From contig OZ240241.1 of NCBI GenBank assembly GCA_965198115.1, positions 2,656,001-2,720,000 of the forward strand: a stretch of DNA of 64,000 nt. Reading direction: 5' to 3'. Position 1 is the first letter of the stretch. Each line of letters begins with the position of its first letter. Below the pieces are notes generated by a model. It saw only the letters and a program-made list of their open reading frames with translations. It was not told the origin of the DNA and made no database searches. Of the stretch, positions 39,771 to 49,135 are shown piece by piece. The stretch comes from Candidatus Latescibacterota bacterium. GTDB taxonomy: Bacteria > Latescibacterota > UBA2968. The position numbers and the translations under genes are program-made.

Positions 39771-40535
39771 TCAGGCTGCCAGCCCAAAGAAGGCCTCGGC
39801 ATTCTCGGTCGTGACCCTCGCGAGCGTGTCGATCGAGTCCCCACGCGCTTTTGCGAGAAACTCGGCGATGTCACGAACGTAGGCCGGCTCGTTTCGGCGA
39901 CCCCGATGGGGTACCGGCGCCAGATACGGACAATCGGTCTCGAGAAGCAATCGATCCTCGGGCACGCTCATTACCACGGCCAGCCGGTCTGACTTCCTGA
40001 ACGTGACCGTGCCGCCGAATCCAAGATAGTAGCCTCGTTCCACGGCCTGTCTTGCCTGGTCCACCGTCCCGCCGAAACAGTGCAGAACCGCGCGAACCCC
40101 ACTCTCCGCTTCCTTACCCAGAACCTCCAGAACCCTCGACTCGGCTCCGCGACTGTGGACGACCAGAGGCAGGTCTCGATCGAGAGCCATCCGGATGTGC
40201 GCCCGGAAAAAACGCTCTTGGAGATCGCGCGGCGCGTAATCCCGGTAGAAATCCAGCCCGGTCTCGCCGACCGCCACGACCTCGGGCTCTGACAGAAGCG
40301 CCCGCAGAGGCGAAAGATCACGCGGTGCGTCGGCCACATCGTGGGGGTGAACCCCAACCGTGGCGTAAACTCCCGCATACTCGCGAGCCAGGTCGATCGC
40401 CTGCCGGCTTCGCCCCAGGTTCGTGCCCACGTCGACGATCCGGCTGACGCCCGCTCCATCCGCACGTTCGATCGCCTGTACGCGGTCGACTTCGAACTGC
40501 GGAAAGCACAGATGGGCGTGCGAGTCAACAAGCAC
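39771..40535 (-). CDS. TatD family hydrolase (YcfH-like)
   Basis: DSHAHL, GVHPH, VGETGLD, HSR, HCF, LETDCPYLAP..HRG.RNEP; metG-tatD-rsmA order. Confidence 0.95.
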   Translation of the reverse strand: MLVDSHAHLCFPQFEVDRVQAIERADGAGVSRIVDVGTNLGRSRQAIDLAREYAGVYATVGVHPHDVADAPRDLSPLRALLSEPEVVAVGETGLDFYRDYAPRDLQERFFRAHIRMALDRDLPLVVHSRGAESRVLEVLGKEAESGVRAVLHCFGGTVDQARQAVERGYYLGFGGTVTFRKSDRLAVVMSVPEDRLLLETDCPYLAPVPHRGRRNEPAYVRDIAEFLAKARGDSIDTLARVTTENAEAFFGLAA

Positions 40536-40539
40536 GTCG

Positions 40540-42453
40540 TCAGCTAACCCGGGACCCGGCTGGGAGATCGCTATCCGGAGCTAGGAGCCCGAGTCGACCG
40601 TCGGCCGACGCCGCCAGAAGCATGCCCTGCGATTCCACGCCCCGTATCGTAGCCGGCTCGAGGTTGGCCACGACGACGATCCGTCGTCCCACGAGCGCAT
40701 CGGCTTCATAATGTTGGGCCACGCCGGCCACCAGCTGTCGTTCTTCGGTTCCCAGATCGATTTGAAGCTTGAGGAGCCTGTCCGCTCCTTCGACCTTTTC
40801 CGCTGTCTTGACGACGGCCACACGGAGATCGAGCTTTTGAAAATCGTTGAACGAGATGGTTTTCGCTGCATCTTCCGCCATGTCCTTCTCCTCCGTCTGA
40901 TCCGACGTATCCACTTCCTCCGGTAGCTCGATCTTCGGGAAAAGCGGATCCATCTTCTTCACCGTCTGGCCGAACGCCAGCCCGCCCCACGACAATGCGT
41001 CAGCGTGCACGTCCTGCACGGTGCCCCCGCACCCGATCTGCTCCCATATGGCCTGCGCCTTTTGCGGCACGACCGGACTCAGCCACACGGCCAGCTGTCG
41101 CAGCGTCTCGGCCAATCCGTAAATTACGGTCTCGAGGTCGTCCCGGCGTGCATCGTCCTTCGCCAATGCCCACGGCTCCTTGACCTCGATGAACCGATTG
41201 GCTTCGCGCACGAGGGCCATGATCGCCTCAACGATCGTCACCGTATCGAACGCGGGCAGTGCCCTCGTGATCGTATCCGCCGTCTTCACCGCCTGGCTCC
41301 TCAAGGGCTCGAGATCAGCGTGCAACGGATCGACGTTCGGAATGCGTCCGTCCACGTAGCGTTCGGCCATCACCACGGTCCGGTTCACGAGATTGCCCAG
41401 GTCGTTGGCCAACTCCGCGTTGTAGCGCCCCGCGAACGACTCGACCGTAAAGTTGCTATCCTGGCCGAGCGTCATTTCCCGCACGAGGTAGTAGCGGAAC
41501 GCGTCGACGCCATAGGTTTCGACCAGATCCAGAGGTTCGACGGCATTGCCCCTGCTCTTGCCCATCTTTTCGGCATCCACCAGCCAGTAGCCGTGCGCCA
41601 TGATCGTCTCGGGTATCTCGGCGCCCATCGCTTTGAGCATCGTCGGCCAGTAGACGCAGTGAGTCGTCAGAATATCCTTGCCGATCAGGTGGCACGAAGC
41701 CGGCCACCAACGGGTGTAGGCCGCATCGTCGACAAGATAGCCTGTGGCCGTCACGTAGTTCAACAACGCGTCAAACCAGACATAGGTGACGTAGTCTTCA
41801 TCGAACGGAAGGGGAATGCCCCAGGCCACGCGCGCCTTCGGTCGGGAGATGCATAGATCGCCCAGCGGCTGACGGAGAAATCCCAGAATCTCATTGCGAC
41901 GCGTCGCAGGCCGGATAAAGTCGGGGTGTGTCTCGATGTGATCGATGAGCCACTCCTGGTAGGCGCTCATCTTGAAGAAGTAATTCTTCTCCGACAATTG
42001 GACGACTTCGCGCCCCCCGATCGGGTCGTTGCCGTCCACCAGATCTTTTTCCGTAAAGAATTGCTCTTCGTAAACGGAGTACCATCCCTCGTAGTCGGCC
42101 GAATAGATCTCCCCCGCATTGTAGACCTGTTGCAGGGTCTCTTTAACCACGTTCTGGTGCCGTACTTCGGTCGTCCGGATGAAGTCGTCGTGGGAAATGT
42201 TCAAGCGACCCCACAGCGCCTCGAACTGTCGGGCCATCTCATCGACGAAATCCTGGGGAGATGCGCCTCGCTCCCTGGCTGCCAGCTCGACCTTCTGGCC
42301 GTGCTCGTCCATCCCTGTCAGGAACAGCACGTCGTGTCCCAGAAGCCTGTGGTATCGTGCCAACACGTCTGCCACGGTCGTCGTGTAGGCGTGCCCCAGG
42401 TGAGGCTCCCCGTTGGCGTAGTAGATCGGTGTCGTGATGTAGAAGCGTTTCAC
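40540..42453 (-). CDS. metG: Methionine--tRNA ligase with C-terminal tRNA-binding domain
   Basis: YITTPIYYAN..PHLGH, DEHGQK, YVWFDAL, KMGKS, C-terminal OB fold (GVESQGMLL). Confidence 0.97.
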   Translation of the reverse strand: MKRFYITTPIYYANGEPHLGHAYTTTVADVLARYHRLLGHDVLFLTGMDEHGQKVELAARERGASPQDFVDEMARQFEALWGRLNISHDDFIRTTEVRHQNVVKETLQQVYNAGEIYSADYEGWYSVYEEQFFTEKDLVDGNDPIGGREVVQLSEKNYFFKMSAYQEWLIDHIETHPDFIRPATRRNEILGFLRQPLGDLCISRPKARVAWGIPLPFDEDYVTYVWFDALLNYVTATGYLVDDAAYTRWWPASCHLIGKDILTTHCVYWPTMLKAMGAEIPETIMAHGYWLVDAEKMGKSRGNAVEPLDLVETYGVDAFRYYLVREMTLGQDSNFTVESFAGRYNAELANDLGNLVNRTVVMAERYVDGRIPNVDPLHADLEPLRSQAVKTADTITRALPAFDTVTIVEAIMALVREANRFIEVKEPWALAKDDARRDDLETVIYGLAETLRQLAVWLSPVVPQKAQAIWEQIGCGGTVQDVHADALSWGGLAFGQTVKKMDPLFPKIELPEEVDTSDQTEEKDMAEDAAKTISFNDFQKLDLRVAVVKTAEKVEGADRLLKLQIDLGTEERQLVAGVAQHYEADALVGRRIVVVANLEPATIRGVESQGMLLAASADGRLGLLAPDSDLPAGSRVS

Positions 42454-43520
42454 GTCAGACCGCGCTGTCGAAGCGTGCGCCACATGGCGACGAGGCTGAG
42501 TTGAAGGTTGATGTTGCGACGGTTCATTTCCCGGATTCGTTCAATCTCGGTCGCGGTGGCGGCGATCAGTCTCTCATCGAACAGCGACGCCAGGTGCTTC
42601 AGCGTCTCCAACCTCGGCGCACCCGGTGGAAACGCCTCATCGTCCCGGAGCCTGAAACGCAGGGTCTCGGCCAACAGAACCTCTGCCGCCTTCAAAAGGT
42701 CGAAGACCCCCTGTTTGTCCGAAGCCAATCGTTCGAGGGCACCGAACGTCTGTGCATCACGCCCGGTGACGAGCGCTTCCAGAAAGCGATGGGCCCGCGT
42801 CTGCAAAGCCGCCACGTCTTCGCCCGTCAGTGCGATCGCGCGTCGAAGATTGCCCCCCGAGGCGTCCGCCGCATAATCGGCCACGGCCTCGCTGACTGAT
42901 GTCAACGTTCTGAGATGCTGCTTCAACTCCGCCCGCGCAATCGGTCCGAAAGCCAGCAGCTGACAACGCGAAACGATCGTCGGCAGCAGGCGATCGGGTG
43001 AGGGCGCTGTCAGGATGATCAGAGAACGATCGGGTGGCTCCTCGAGTGTTTTGAGCAGAATGTTGGCAGCCTCTGGACGAATGTGATGGGCGTTCAGGAA
43101 CACCATCGTCCGCCATCCTCCTTCGAAACTGCCATAGGCGAACTCTTTGACGCCGGCCCGCAGCCGATCCACGACGACCGAGGTCCCCTCGTCGGGCAGA
43201 GGATAACCGTAAGGGTCGACAACGGATTCCTCCGCAACTCTTCGAATCTCCTCATCTTTCGTGCTCTTCGTGGCGGGCACGATCACGTTGAAATCGGGGT
43301 GGCCGAGGGACCGCGTTCGTCCGCAGGCTGCGCAGTCTTCGCAGGCACCAGCCTCCCCGCGTTCACAATGCAACGAGCGCGCGAGTTCGATCGCCACGGC
43401 CGTCTTACCCACGCCCTCGGGGCCCCAGAAAAGGAGGGCGTGCGGCAATCGATCCGACGAGCGGAGCCTTTCGAGGATGCGTCGAACACGCGGCTGGCCA
43501 ATGATGCGATCGGAGAACAC
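42450..43520 (-). CDS. holB: DNA polymerase III subunit delta'
   Basis: HALLF.GP.GVGK, Cys4 Zn module, HPDF, AAN.LLKTLEEPP, LLPTIVSRC. Confidence 0.92.
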   Translation of the reverse strand: MFSDRIIGQPRVRRILERLRSSDRLPHALLFWGPEGVGKTAVAIELARSLHCERGEAGACEDCAACGRTRSLGHPDFNVIVPATKSTKDEEIRRVAEESVVDPYGYPLPDEGTSVVVDRLRAGVKEFAYGSFEGGWRTMVFLNAHHIRPEAANILLKTLEEPPDRSLIILTAPSPDRLLPTIVSRCQLLAFGPIARAELKQHLRTLTSVSEAVADYAADASGGNLRRAIALTGEDVAALQTRAHRFLEALVTGRDAQTFGALERLASDKQGVFDLLKAAEVLLAETLRFRLRDDEAFPPGAPRLETLKHLASLFDERLIAATATEIERIREMNRRNINLQLSLVAMWRTLRQRGLT

Positions 43521-43527
43521 GATGGAC

Positions 43528-44586
43528 TCAGTTCAGGGCAATGCCGGTTTCCGCACAAAAAAACCGGACAGATTCGGCGTCGAAACGGAGACCCACTCGC
43601 TCGCCGGCACTCGGACACGCGCTCCCCACAACACGCACGACCAGCGCGAGCCCCGAGGCATCCGTGTAGAGCAGCGTTTCGCTGCCCGTGGGCTCGACGA
43701 CATCTACGGCAGCGACCACCGTCGCATCGTCATCCGGCACGACCTCGACGTGTTCGGGACGGACGCCCAGAACGGTCGGGCCTCCCGGCAATGATCGATC
43801 GTCGAGCGTGATTTTCAACCCGTCGCCCTCGAATGAGCCACCGTCGATTCGTCCTTCGATGAAATTCATGGACGGCGTTCCGATGAAACTAGCCACGAAT
43901 CGGTTTGCAGGCCTGGTGTAGAGATCCATGGGGCTACCCAGCTGCTGCAGCCGCCCCGATTGCAAAACGGCGATCCGGTCCCCCATCGTCATCGCCTCGA
44001 CCTAGTCGTGGGTCACATAGATCATCGTCACACCCAACTTCCGATGAAGTCGATTCAGCTCGGTACGCATCTGTGCGCGAAGCTTGGCGTCCAGGTTCGA
44101 CAGCGGCTCGTCGAACAGAAACACCTTCGGGTTCCGGACGATGGCCCTCCCCAATGCCACCCTCTGACGTTGACCACCCGAAAGGGCACGAGGTTTCCGA
44201 TCGAAAAGATCATCCAGCCCAAGAATGGCCGCAGCCGACCCCACGGCTTCATCGATCTGGCTCTGCGGCAATTTTCGAAGTTTCAGTCCAAAAGCCAGGT
44301 TTTCACGCACCGTCATGTGCGGATACAGGGCGTAGTTTTGGAAAACCATCGATACGTCACGGTCTTTGGGCGCAATTTCGTTCGCCCGAACGCCACCAAT
44401 GAAAATGTCGCCAGACGTCGGCGACTCGAGTCCGGCCATCATCCGGAGCATCGTGGACTTGCCGCACCCAGAGGGTCCCACGAGGACGAGGAATTCGCCG
44501 TCGCGCACCTCCAGATTGACCGTGTCGACGGCAACCACACCCCCTTCGAATTCTTTTCGGAGATTTTTCAGAACAACATCGGCCAT
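43528..44586 (-). pseudogene. MalK/UgpC/MsmX-type sugar ABC ATPase interrupted by an in-frame TAG at 44002-44004
   Basis: [51 protein letters not shown] domain; both halves in the same frame. Confidence 0.88.
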
Positions 44587-44632
44587 CTGACACCTGGATC
44601 GGGATGCGAAAACGAGCGAAAGTGTTTGAAAA

Positions 44633-44661
44633 ATAGTAACCTTGCGCCTGAAACCGGTCAA
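44633..44661 (-). promoter_or_regulatory. sigma70-type promoter for the ABC ATPase-holB-metG run
   Basis: TTGACC-17 bp-TACTAT. Confidence 0.6.
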
Positions 44662-45173
44662 GAAATATCACCGGACGCATCCCGCTTCGCGACCCAATCC
44701 GACAAACTTCCCTCGATCGGTTTGATCATCACCACGGCGTCCTCTCGCGGCCGTCGGTAGTAATCCCGACGAATGGCCACCGTTTCGAACCCACGGCTCC
44801 GGTAGAGCCCTGTCGCCGCCCCGTTCGAAGCCCGCACCTCAAGGGTGACCACCTGCACGCCCAACCCGCTCAGCTCTTCGAGCATCGCGTCGATCAGGAG
44901 CCCGCCCGTGCCCTCGCCCCGATGATCAGGATCGACGGCCAGGTCGGTCAGATGGTATTCTCCGTCGACCCGATACCCGACCGCATAGCCCAGAATCGTG
45001 CTGGCCTGTCGCGCGACCCGGCAGAGGCTGCCACGCTGCGCCATCGCTCGTTCGAAATCGTGCGTCTGCCAGGGCGTAGAAAACGAAGCCTGCTCGATCG
45101 TCGTGACGATTGGTAGGTCGCTCTCACGCATCGGCTCCAGGCTGAACGGCCGGTCGCTACTATCCCTGTCCAT
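44658..45173 (-). CDS. rimI: Ribosomal-protein-alanine N-acetyltransferase (GNAT)
   Basis: IE..SF..PW, LAV.P..RG.G.G, LEVRASN..A..LY...GF, R..YY..P.EDAVVM; follows tsaB. Confidence 0.9.
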   Translation of the reverse strand: MDRDSSDRPFSLEPMRESDLPIVTTIEQASFSTPWQTHDFERAMAQRGSLCRVARQASTILGYAVGYRVDGEYHLTDLAVDPDHRGEGTGGLLIDAMLEELSGLGVQVVTLEVRASNGAATGLYRSRGFETVAIRRDYYRRPREDAVVMIKPIEGSLSDWVAKRDASGDIS

Positions 45174-45858
45174 TTCGCTCTTTAGCCCGTTCCCGTTCGG
45201 CTTGTGAAGCGCGGCAGTAATTCGGCTCGGCCTGGTCGACGTCGACGATTTGGCCTGCCTCGATCTGGAGGGCCCCCAACCGGGCAATCGTTCCGCCATC
45301 GGGATCGCACAATTCTCGGGGGGCCACCGTCGCGCCTTCGACCGCCGTCAGTTCCTCCTCAAATTTGGTCGCACCCTCTCCCAAAAAGACCATGGGCTCG
45401 ATCATTTCCTCGATTACCCTGTCGAATGCCATCGCGCGATCCGCGACAATCACCGCAACCCCATCGCGTGAGACCTCGTAAATACCCGCATAAACGAGGC
45501 CTCGGCGTGCATCCAGCATCGGACAGACACGCTGGCGTTCGCCACCGATCAACCGTGATGCCAATCCTTCGAGCGTCGACACGAGTGCGAGAGGAAGGTC
45601 GGCAGCAAGGGCGATCCCCTTCGCTGTGCTCAGCCCGATACGAAGACCGGTGAAGGATCCGGGACCTGCAGAAACGGCCAATCCGCCCACGTCCTGATGG
45701 ACCAGACCGGCCGATTTCAGCGCGACCTCCACCATCGGTAACAGGCGCTCGGCGTGCTGCCGACCGGGGGGGGCCGTCTCAACAGAAAGGATGGTGGCCC
45801 CGTCCGCCAGACCGACACTACAAACGGGCGTTGCGGTTTCGATTCCGAGCGTGATCAA
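45160..45858 (-). CDS. tsaB: tRNA t6A biosynthesis protein TsaB
   Basis: LGIETAT..CSV, H.ERL.P, GPGSFTGLRIG, DARR..VY, EPNY.R. Confidence 0.95.
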   Translation of the reverse strand: MITLGIETATPVCSVGLADGATILSVETAPPGRQHAERLLPMVEVALKSAGLVHQDVGGLAVSAGPGSFTGLRIGLSTAKGIALAADLPLALVSTLEGLASRLIGGERQRVCPMLDARRGLVYAGIYEVSRDGVAVIVADRAMAFDRVIEEMIEPMVFLGEGATKFEEELTAVEGATVAPRELCDPDGGTIARLGALQIEAGQIVDVDQAEPNYCRASQAERERAKERNGQG

Positions 45859-45874
45859 GAAGGATGAGAGACCA

Positions 45875-46900
45875 TCAGATCAACCGAATCTGCGCTTCGT
45901 CTTTGGGTAGCTGAATACCGAGGTGGGAGTAGGCGAGCGGCGTGGCCTGCCGTCCGCTGGAGGTGCGGATCAGGAATCCCTGCTGAATCAGGAAAGGCTC
46001 GTAGACGTCCTGGATCGTCTCCATCTCCTCGCCGAGTGCAGTCGCCAGGTTGTTGAGCCCGACGGGCCCCCCGGCGAATTTTTCGATCAGCAGCAGAAGG
46101 AGTCGGCGATCCATGTCGTCGAGCCCGATCCCATCGATCTCGTGCAGTTTAAGCGCAGCCTCGGCCACTTCGCGCGTGATCACACCGTCCGCCCGCATCT
46201 GGGCATAATCCCTCGCGCGATTGAGGAGCCGATTCGCGATCCGTGCGGTCCCCCGACAGCGGTGGGCGATCTCGCGGGCGCCGTCCGGATCCAATCGAAT
46301 GTCGAGAATACCGGCAGAGCGTTCGACGATCGTCTGCAGTTCGTCGTCGCTGTAGAAATCGAGGCGCTCGATCATCCCGAAGCGTGATCGCATCGGCTCG
46401 GACAAGAGACCCAGCCGTGTCGTCGCGCCGATCAGCGTGAACGATTCCAATGAGATACGGTATGAGCGGGCGTTCGGTCCACTGTCGATCATAATGTCGA
46501 GTGCGAAATCCTCCATGGCCAAATACAGATGCTCTTCGACCACCCGGTTCATCCGGTGAACCTCGTCGATGAACAGGACGTCACGTTCACCCAGGTTCGT
46601 AAGAATGCCCCCTAGATCGGTCGGACGCTCGAGGACGGGGCCCGACGTAGGCGTCAACTCGACGTCGAGCTCGTTGGCGATCACGTGGGCGAGGGTCGTC
46701 TTCCCCAGACCCGGCGGCCCATAGAGCAGAACGTGATCCATGGCATCGCCTCGTTGGCGGGCAGCCTGAACGGCGATCTTCAGCTTTTCTTGAACCTTCT
46801 CCTGCCCGGCCATTTCCGAAAAGCGGAGTGGGCGAAGCTTCTGCTCTTGTTCGAGGGCGTCATTGTCGAGCTGTTCGGAAGTGATGAATCTTTCAGCCAC
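45875..46900 (-). CDS. ruvB: Holliday junction helicase RuvB
   Basis: LRP, YGPPGLGKTTLA, FIDEVHR, GATTR, RFG, GGPVGL, EPFLIQ.G. Confidence 0.98.
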   Translation of the reverse strand: MAERFITSEQLDNDALEQEQKLRPLRFSEMAGQEKVQEKLKIAVQAARQRGDAMDHVLLYGPPGLGKTTLAHVIANELDVELTPTSGPVLERPTDLGGILTNLGERDVLFIDEVHRMNRVVEEHLYLAMEDFALDIMIDSGPNARSYRISLESFTLIGATTRLGLLSEPMRSRFGMIERLDFYSDDELQTIVERSAGILDIRLDPDGAREIAHRCRGTARIANRLLNRARDYAQMRADGVITREVAEAALKLHEIDGIGLDDMDRRLLLLLIEKFAGGPVGLNNLATALGEEMETIQDVYEPFLIQQGFLIRTSSGRQATPLAYSHLGIQLPKDEAQIRLI

Positions 46901-46923
46901 GTTGACCTCGCCGATCTGTGGTT

Positions 46924-47517
46924 TCAGATGGATCTCAGGGCCGCCTTGATGACTACCTCGACGGTCACCTCTTCATCCTGCTCGTCGATCACTTGCGACA
47001 CGACTCGGCGGGCCTGCCCGGGATTTGCCCCCAGCCCGATCAGCGCAGACACCGCTTCTTCGGCCACCTCGACGGACTCCCCATCGCCCTCGAACGCGAC
47101 CACATCGCCTTCGACTGCCATCACACGGTCCTTGAGCTCCAGGACAAGACGCTGGGCGATCTTTTGCCCGATTCCCTTGATCCGCGTCAACCCCTTCGCA
47201 TCACCCGCCAGCACCAGCAGTTTGAAATCACGGATCGTGATTCCCGAAAGGATTTTTTGTGCCATCGGAGGTCCAATGCCCGACACGGCGACGAGCAATC
47301 TGAACAACGTGCGCTCGGCCTCGGTCGTGAAGCCGTAAAGCGCCAGCACGTCTTCGCGAACGTGAAGGTGGGCGAACAACTGTATCGGATCGCCTTGCTG
47401 TCGTGACGTGTCGAACGAGGACAGCGACGTATGGAGGTGGATTCCCAACCCTCCGACGTCGATCACGACGTGGGTTGGTGCGTTCTCCGCCAGCTTGCCG
47501 GAGACGTAGTCGATCAT
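46924..47517 (-). CDS. ruvA: Holliday junction branch migration protein RuvA
   Basis: MI.Y..G, HVRED...LYGF, VSGIGP..A, IKGIG.K.AQR..LELKD, domain III EAVSAL..LG. Confidence 0.96.
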   Translation of the reverse strand: MIDYVSGKLAENAPTHVVIDVGGLGIHLHTSLSSFDTSRQQGDPIQLFAHLHVREDVLALYGFTTEAERTLFRLLVAVSGIGPPMAQKILSGITIRDFKLLVLAGDAKGLTRIKGIGQKIAQRLVLELKDRVMAVEGDVVAFEGDGESVEVAEEAVSALIGLGANPGQARRVVSQVIDEQDEEVTVEVVIKAALRSI

Positions 47518-48083
47518 TTGGCAAAGCGCCTGGCTTGAGCCGGGTCGGCGCCCGCGGCGATCAATCGTTCTGCCATCGACGAAGGATTTCTCTGCCCCAC
47601 GTAGTATCCAGAACGTCCGCTGCGATGGGCGTGACAGAGTGCGACAGCAACAGCGTCCGTTACGTCGAGCGGCGTGTCCCCCTCGCCAACAGGTCCGAGC
47701 ACCTTCTCCACCATGAACTGGACCTGCTCCTTGGCCGCGTTGCCGTTTCCAACCACTGCCTTCTTTACCTCGCGGGGCGCGTACTCGAAAAAAGGTACGT
47801 TCGCACGAGCCACCGCAGTCAGAATCGTCCCGCGGGCGTGACACATCTTCATGAGGGTCTGAACGTTGGCCCCGTGAAACACAGCCTCGACGGCAACGGC
47901 GTCTGGCCGGCGGCGTTTGACGAGGTCCTGGAACTGCTCGTGGATGTCGAGGAGCCTTCGCTCGAAGGATACGTTGGTGACGGGACGAATGCAGCCCGCC
48001 TCGATCAGTCGATGATGACGCGAGGTTTCCACATACCCATATCCCGTGACGACGCTGCCGGGATCGATCCCGAGGATGATCAC
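47514..48083 (-). CDS. ruvC: Crossover junction endodeoxyribonuclease RuvC with C-terminal extension
   Basis: ILGIDPG, AVE..F, HARG, EY.P..VKKAV.G.G.A.KEQV, D..DA.AVA.CH. Confidence 0.95.
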   Translation of the reverse strand: MIILGIDPGSVVTGYGYVETSRHHRLIEAGCIRPVTNVSFERRLLDIHEQFQDLVKRRRPDAVAVEAVFHGANVQTLMKMCHARGTILTAVARANVPFFEYAPREVKKAVVGNGNAAKEQVQFMVEKVLGPVGEGDTPLDVTDAVAVALCHAHRSGRSGYYVGQRNPSSMAERLIAAGADPAQARRFAK

Positions 48084-48276
48084 TGCGGAGGCCTTTCTCC
48101 GAAAGGGAGGACCTCTTTCGCACGACCCGCCTTCGTTCAAGCTTCGGCGGACAAGAACGCCGTCGCTTAACGCGCTTCGCCGGGGTTTCGGGCGTCGGGC
48201 ACTCAGGCGGACACAGATGCAACAGAGGACAGGCGTGGGTGAAACAAGGGGAAAAGTTGATAGCGCCCGGGGGGAT

Positions 48277-49029
48277 TCAGGCAGAGGTGAGTGTGGCCAT
48301 CTCCTCGTCGTCGACTTCGAAATTGGCGTAGACGTTCTGGATGTCGTCGTTGTCGTCGAGGGCCTCTAGGAGGGTGATGAGTTGCTTGGCGGTGTTACCC
48401 TCGACAGGGACGGTGTTTTGCGGGATGCGGGTCAGTGCTGCGCGCTCGATCGGAATGCTCGCCTCCTCGACGGCTTTTCGAACATTGTCGAACGATTGCA
48501 GCGGCGTCAGCACCTCGAACACGTCGTCGCCCTCGATCAGATCGTCGGCCCCGGCGTCGACGGCGACGTTCATCAAGGTCTCTTCGTCGGTCTCTTCCTT
48601 GGCGACGACGACCGAGCCCATCTGCTCGAAAATCCAGCCGACCGAGCCCGTTTCGGCCATGCTACCGTGGTACTTGTTGAACAGATGGCGAACCTCGGAC
48701 ACCGTTCTGTTCTTGTTATCGGTCAGAACCTCGACGAACAGGGCCACGCCTCCGGGACCATAGCCTTCGTAGATGGCCCCTTCATAGCTCTCGCCTTCGA
48801 GGTCACCGGTGCCCTTTTGGATTGCGCGTTCGATCGTGTTGGCAGGCATGTTCTCGCCCTTAGCCGCCTGGACAGCCGCGCGCAGCCGTGGGTTTGAACC
48901 CTCGTCACCGCCTCCCTCCCTGGCGGACACATTGATTTCGCGAATCAGCTTGGTGAAGACCTTGCTCCGCCTGGCGTCCTGCCGACCCTTGCGGTGCTTG
49001 ATGTTCGCCCATTTTGAGTGTCCGGCCAT
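48277..49029 (-). CDS. yebC: YebC/PmpR family protein
   Basis: MAGHSKWANIKHRK, NPRLR, YEGYGPGG, TDN.NRT, DD.Q.VY.N. Confidence 0.96.
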   Translation of the reverse strand: MAGHSKWANIKHRKGRQDARRSKVFTKLIREINVSAREGGGDEGSNPRLRAAVQAAKGENMPANTIERAIQKGTGDLEGESYEGAIYEGYGPGGVALFVEVLTDNKNRTVSEVRHLFNKYHGSMAETGSVGWIFEQMGSVVVAKEETDEETLMNVAVDAGADDLIEGDDVFEVLTPLQSFDNVRKAVEEASIPIERAALTRIPQNTVPVEGNTAKQLITLLEALDDNDDIQNVYANFEVDDEEMATLTSA

Positions 49030-49089
49030 CGTTCCTCACCCACGCTCTGACTGGGAAACCGAGGACTGAAACCCGCGTAACCGGTTGTT

Positions 49090-49118
49090 AATGTAGCAAG
49101 AAGGCCCATGCCGGGCAA
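49090..49118 (-). promoter_or_regulatory. sigma70-type promoter for yebC-ruvCAB
   Basis: TTGCCC-17 bp-TACATT with extended TG. Confidence 0.55.
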
Positions 49119-49135
49119 CACTCAAATGCCGCGTC

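Noticed and set aside
41550-41572. MetRS KMGKS instead of KMSKS; Cys-free knuckle
   Set aside because: Within known MetRS variation
44002-44004. Genome-wide TAG reassignment or pyrrolysine
   Set aside because: TAG ends several genes at their expected ends (larC, hup, polyprenyl synthase, EF-G paralog), RF1 is intact, and no pyl genes are in the window
48180-48215. Hammerhead ribozyme (CUGA...GAAAC on the minus strand)
   Set aside because: Core reads CUGAGUG rather than CUGANGA, and there is no convincing stem II
26972-48222. Long N-terminal extensions in the ORF track (valS, proB, hisF, ftsB, rimI, ruvA)
   Set aside because: They overlap upstream genes; true starts were assigned from motifs and start/stop overlaps
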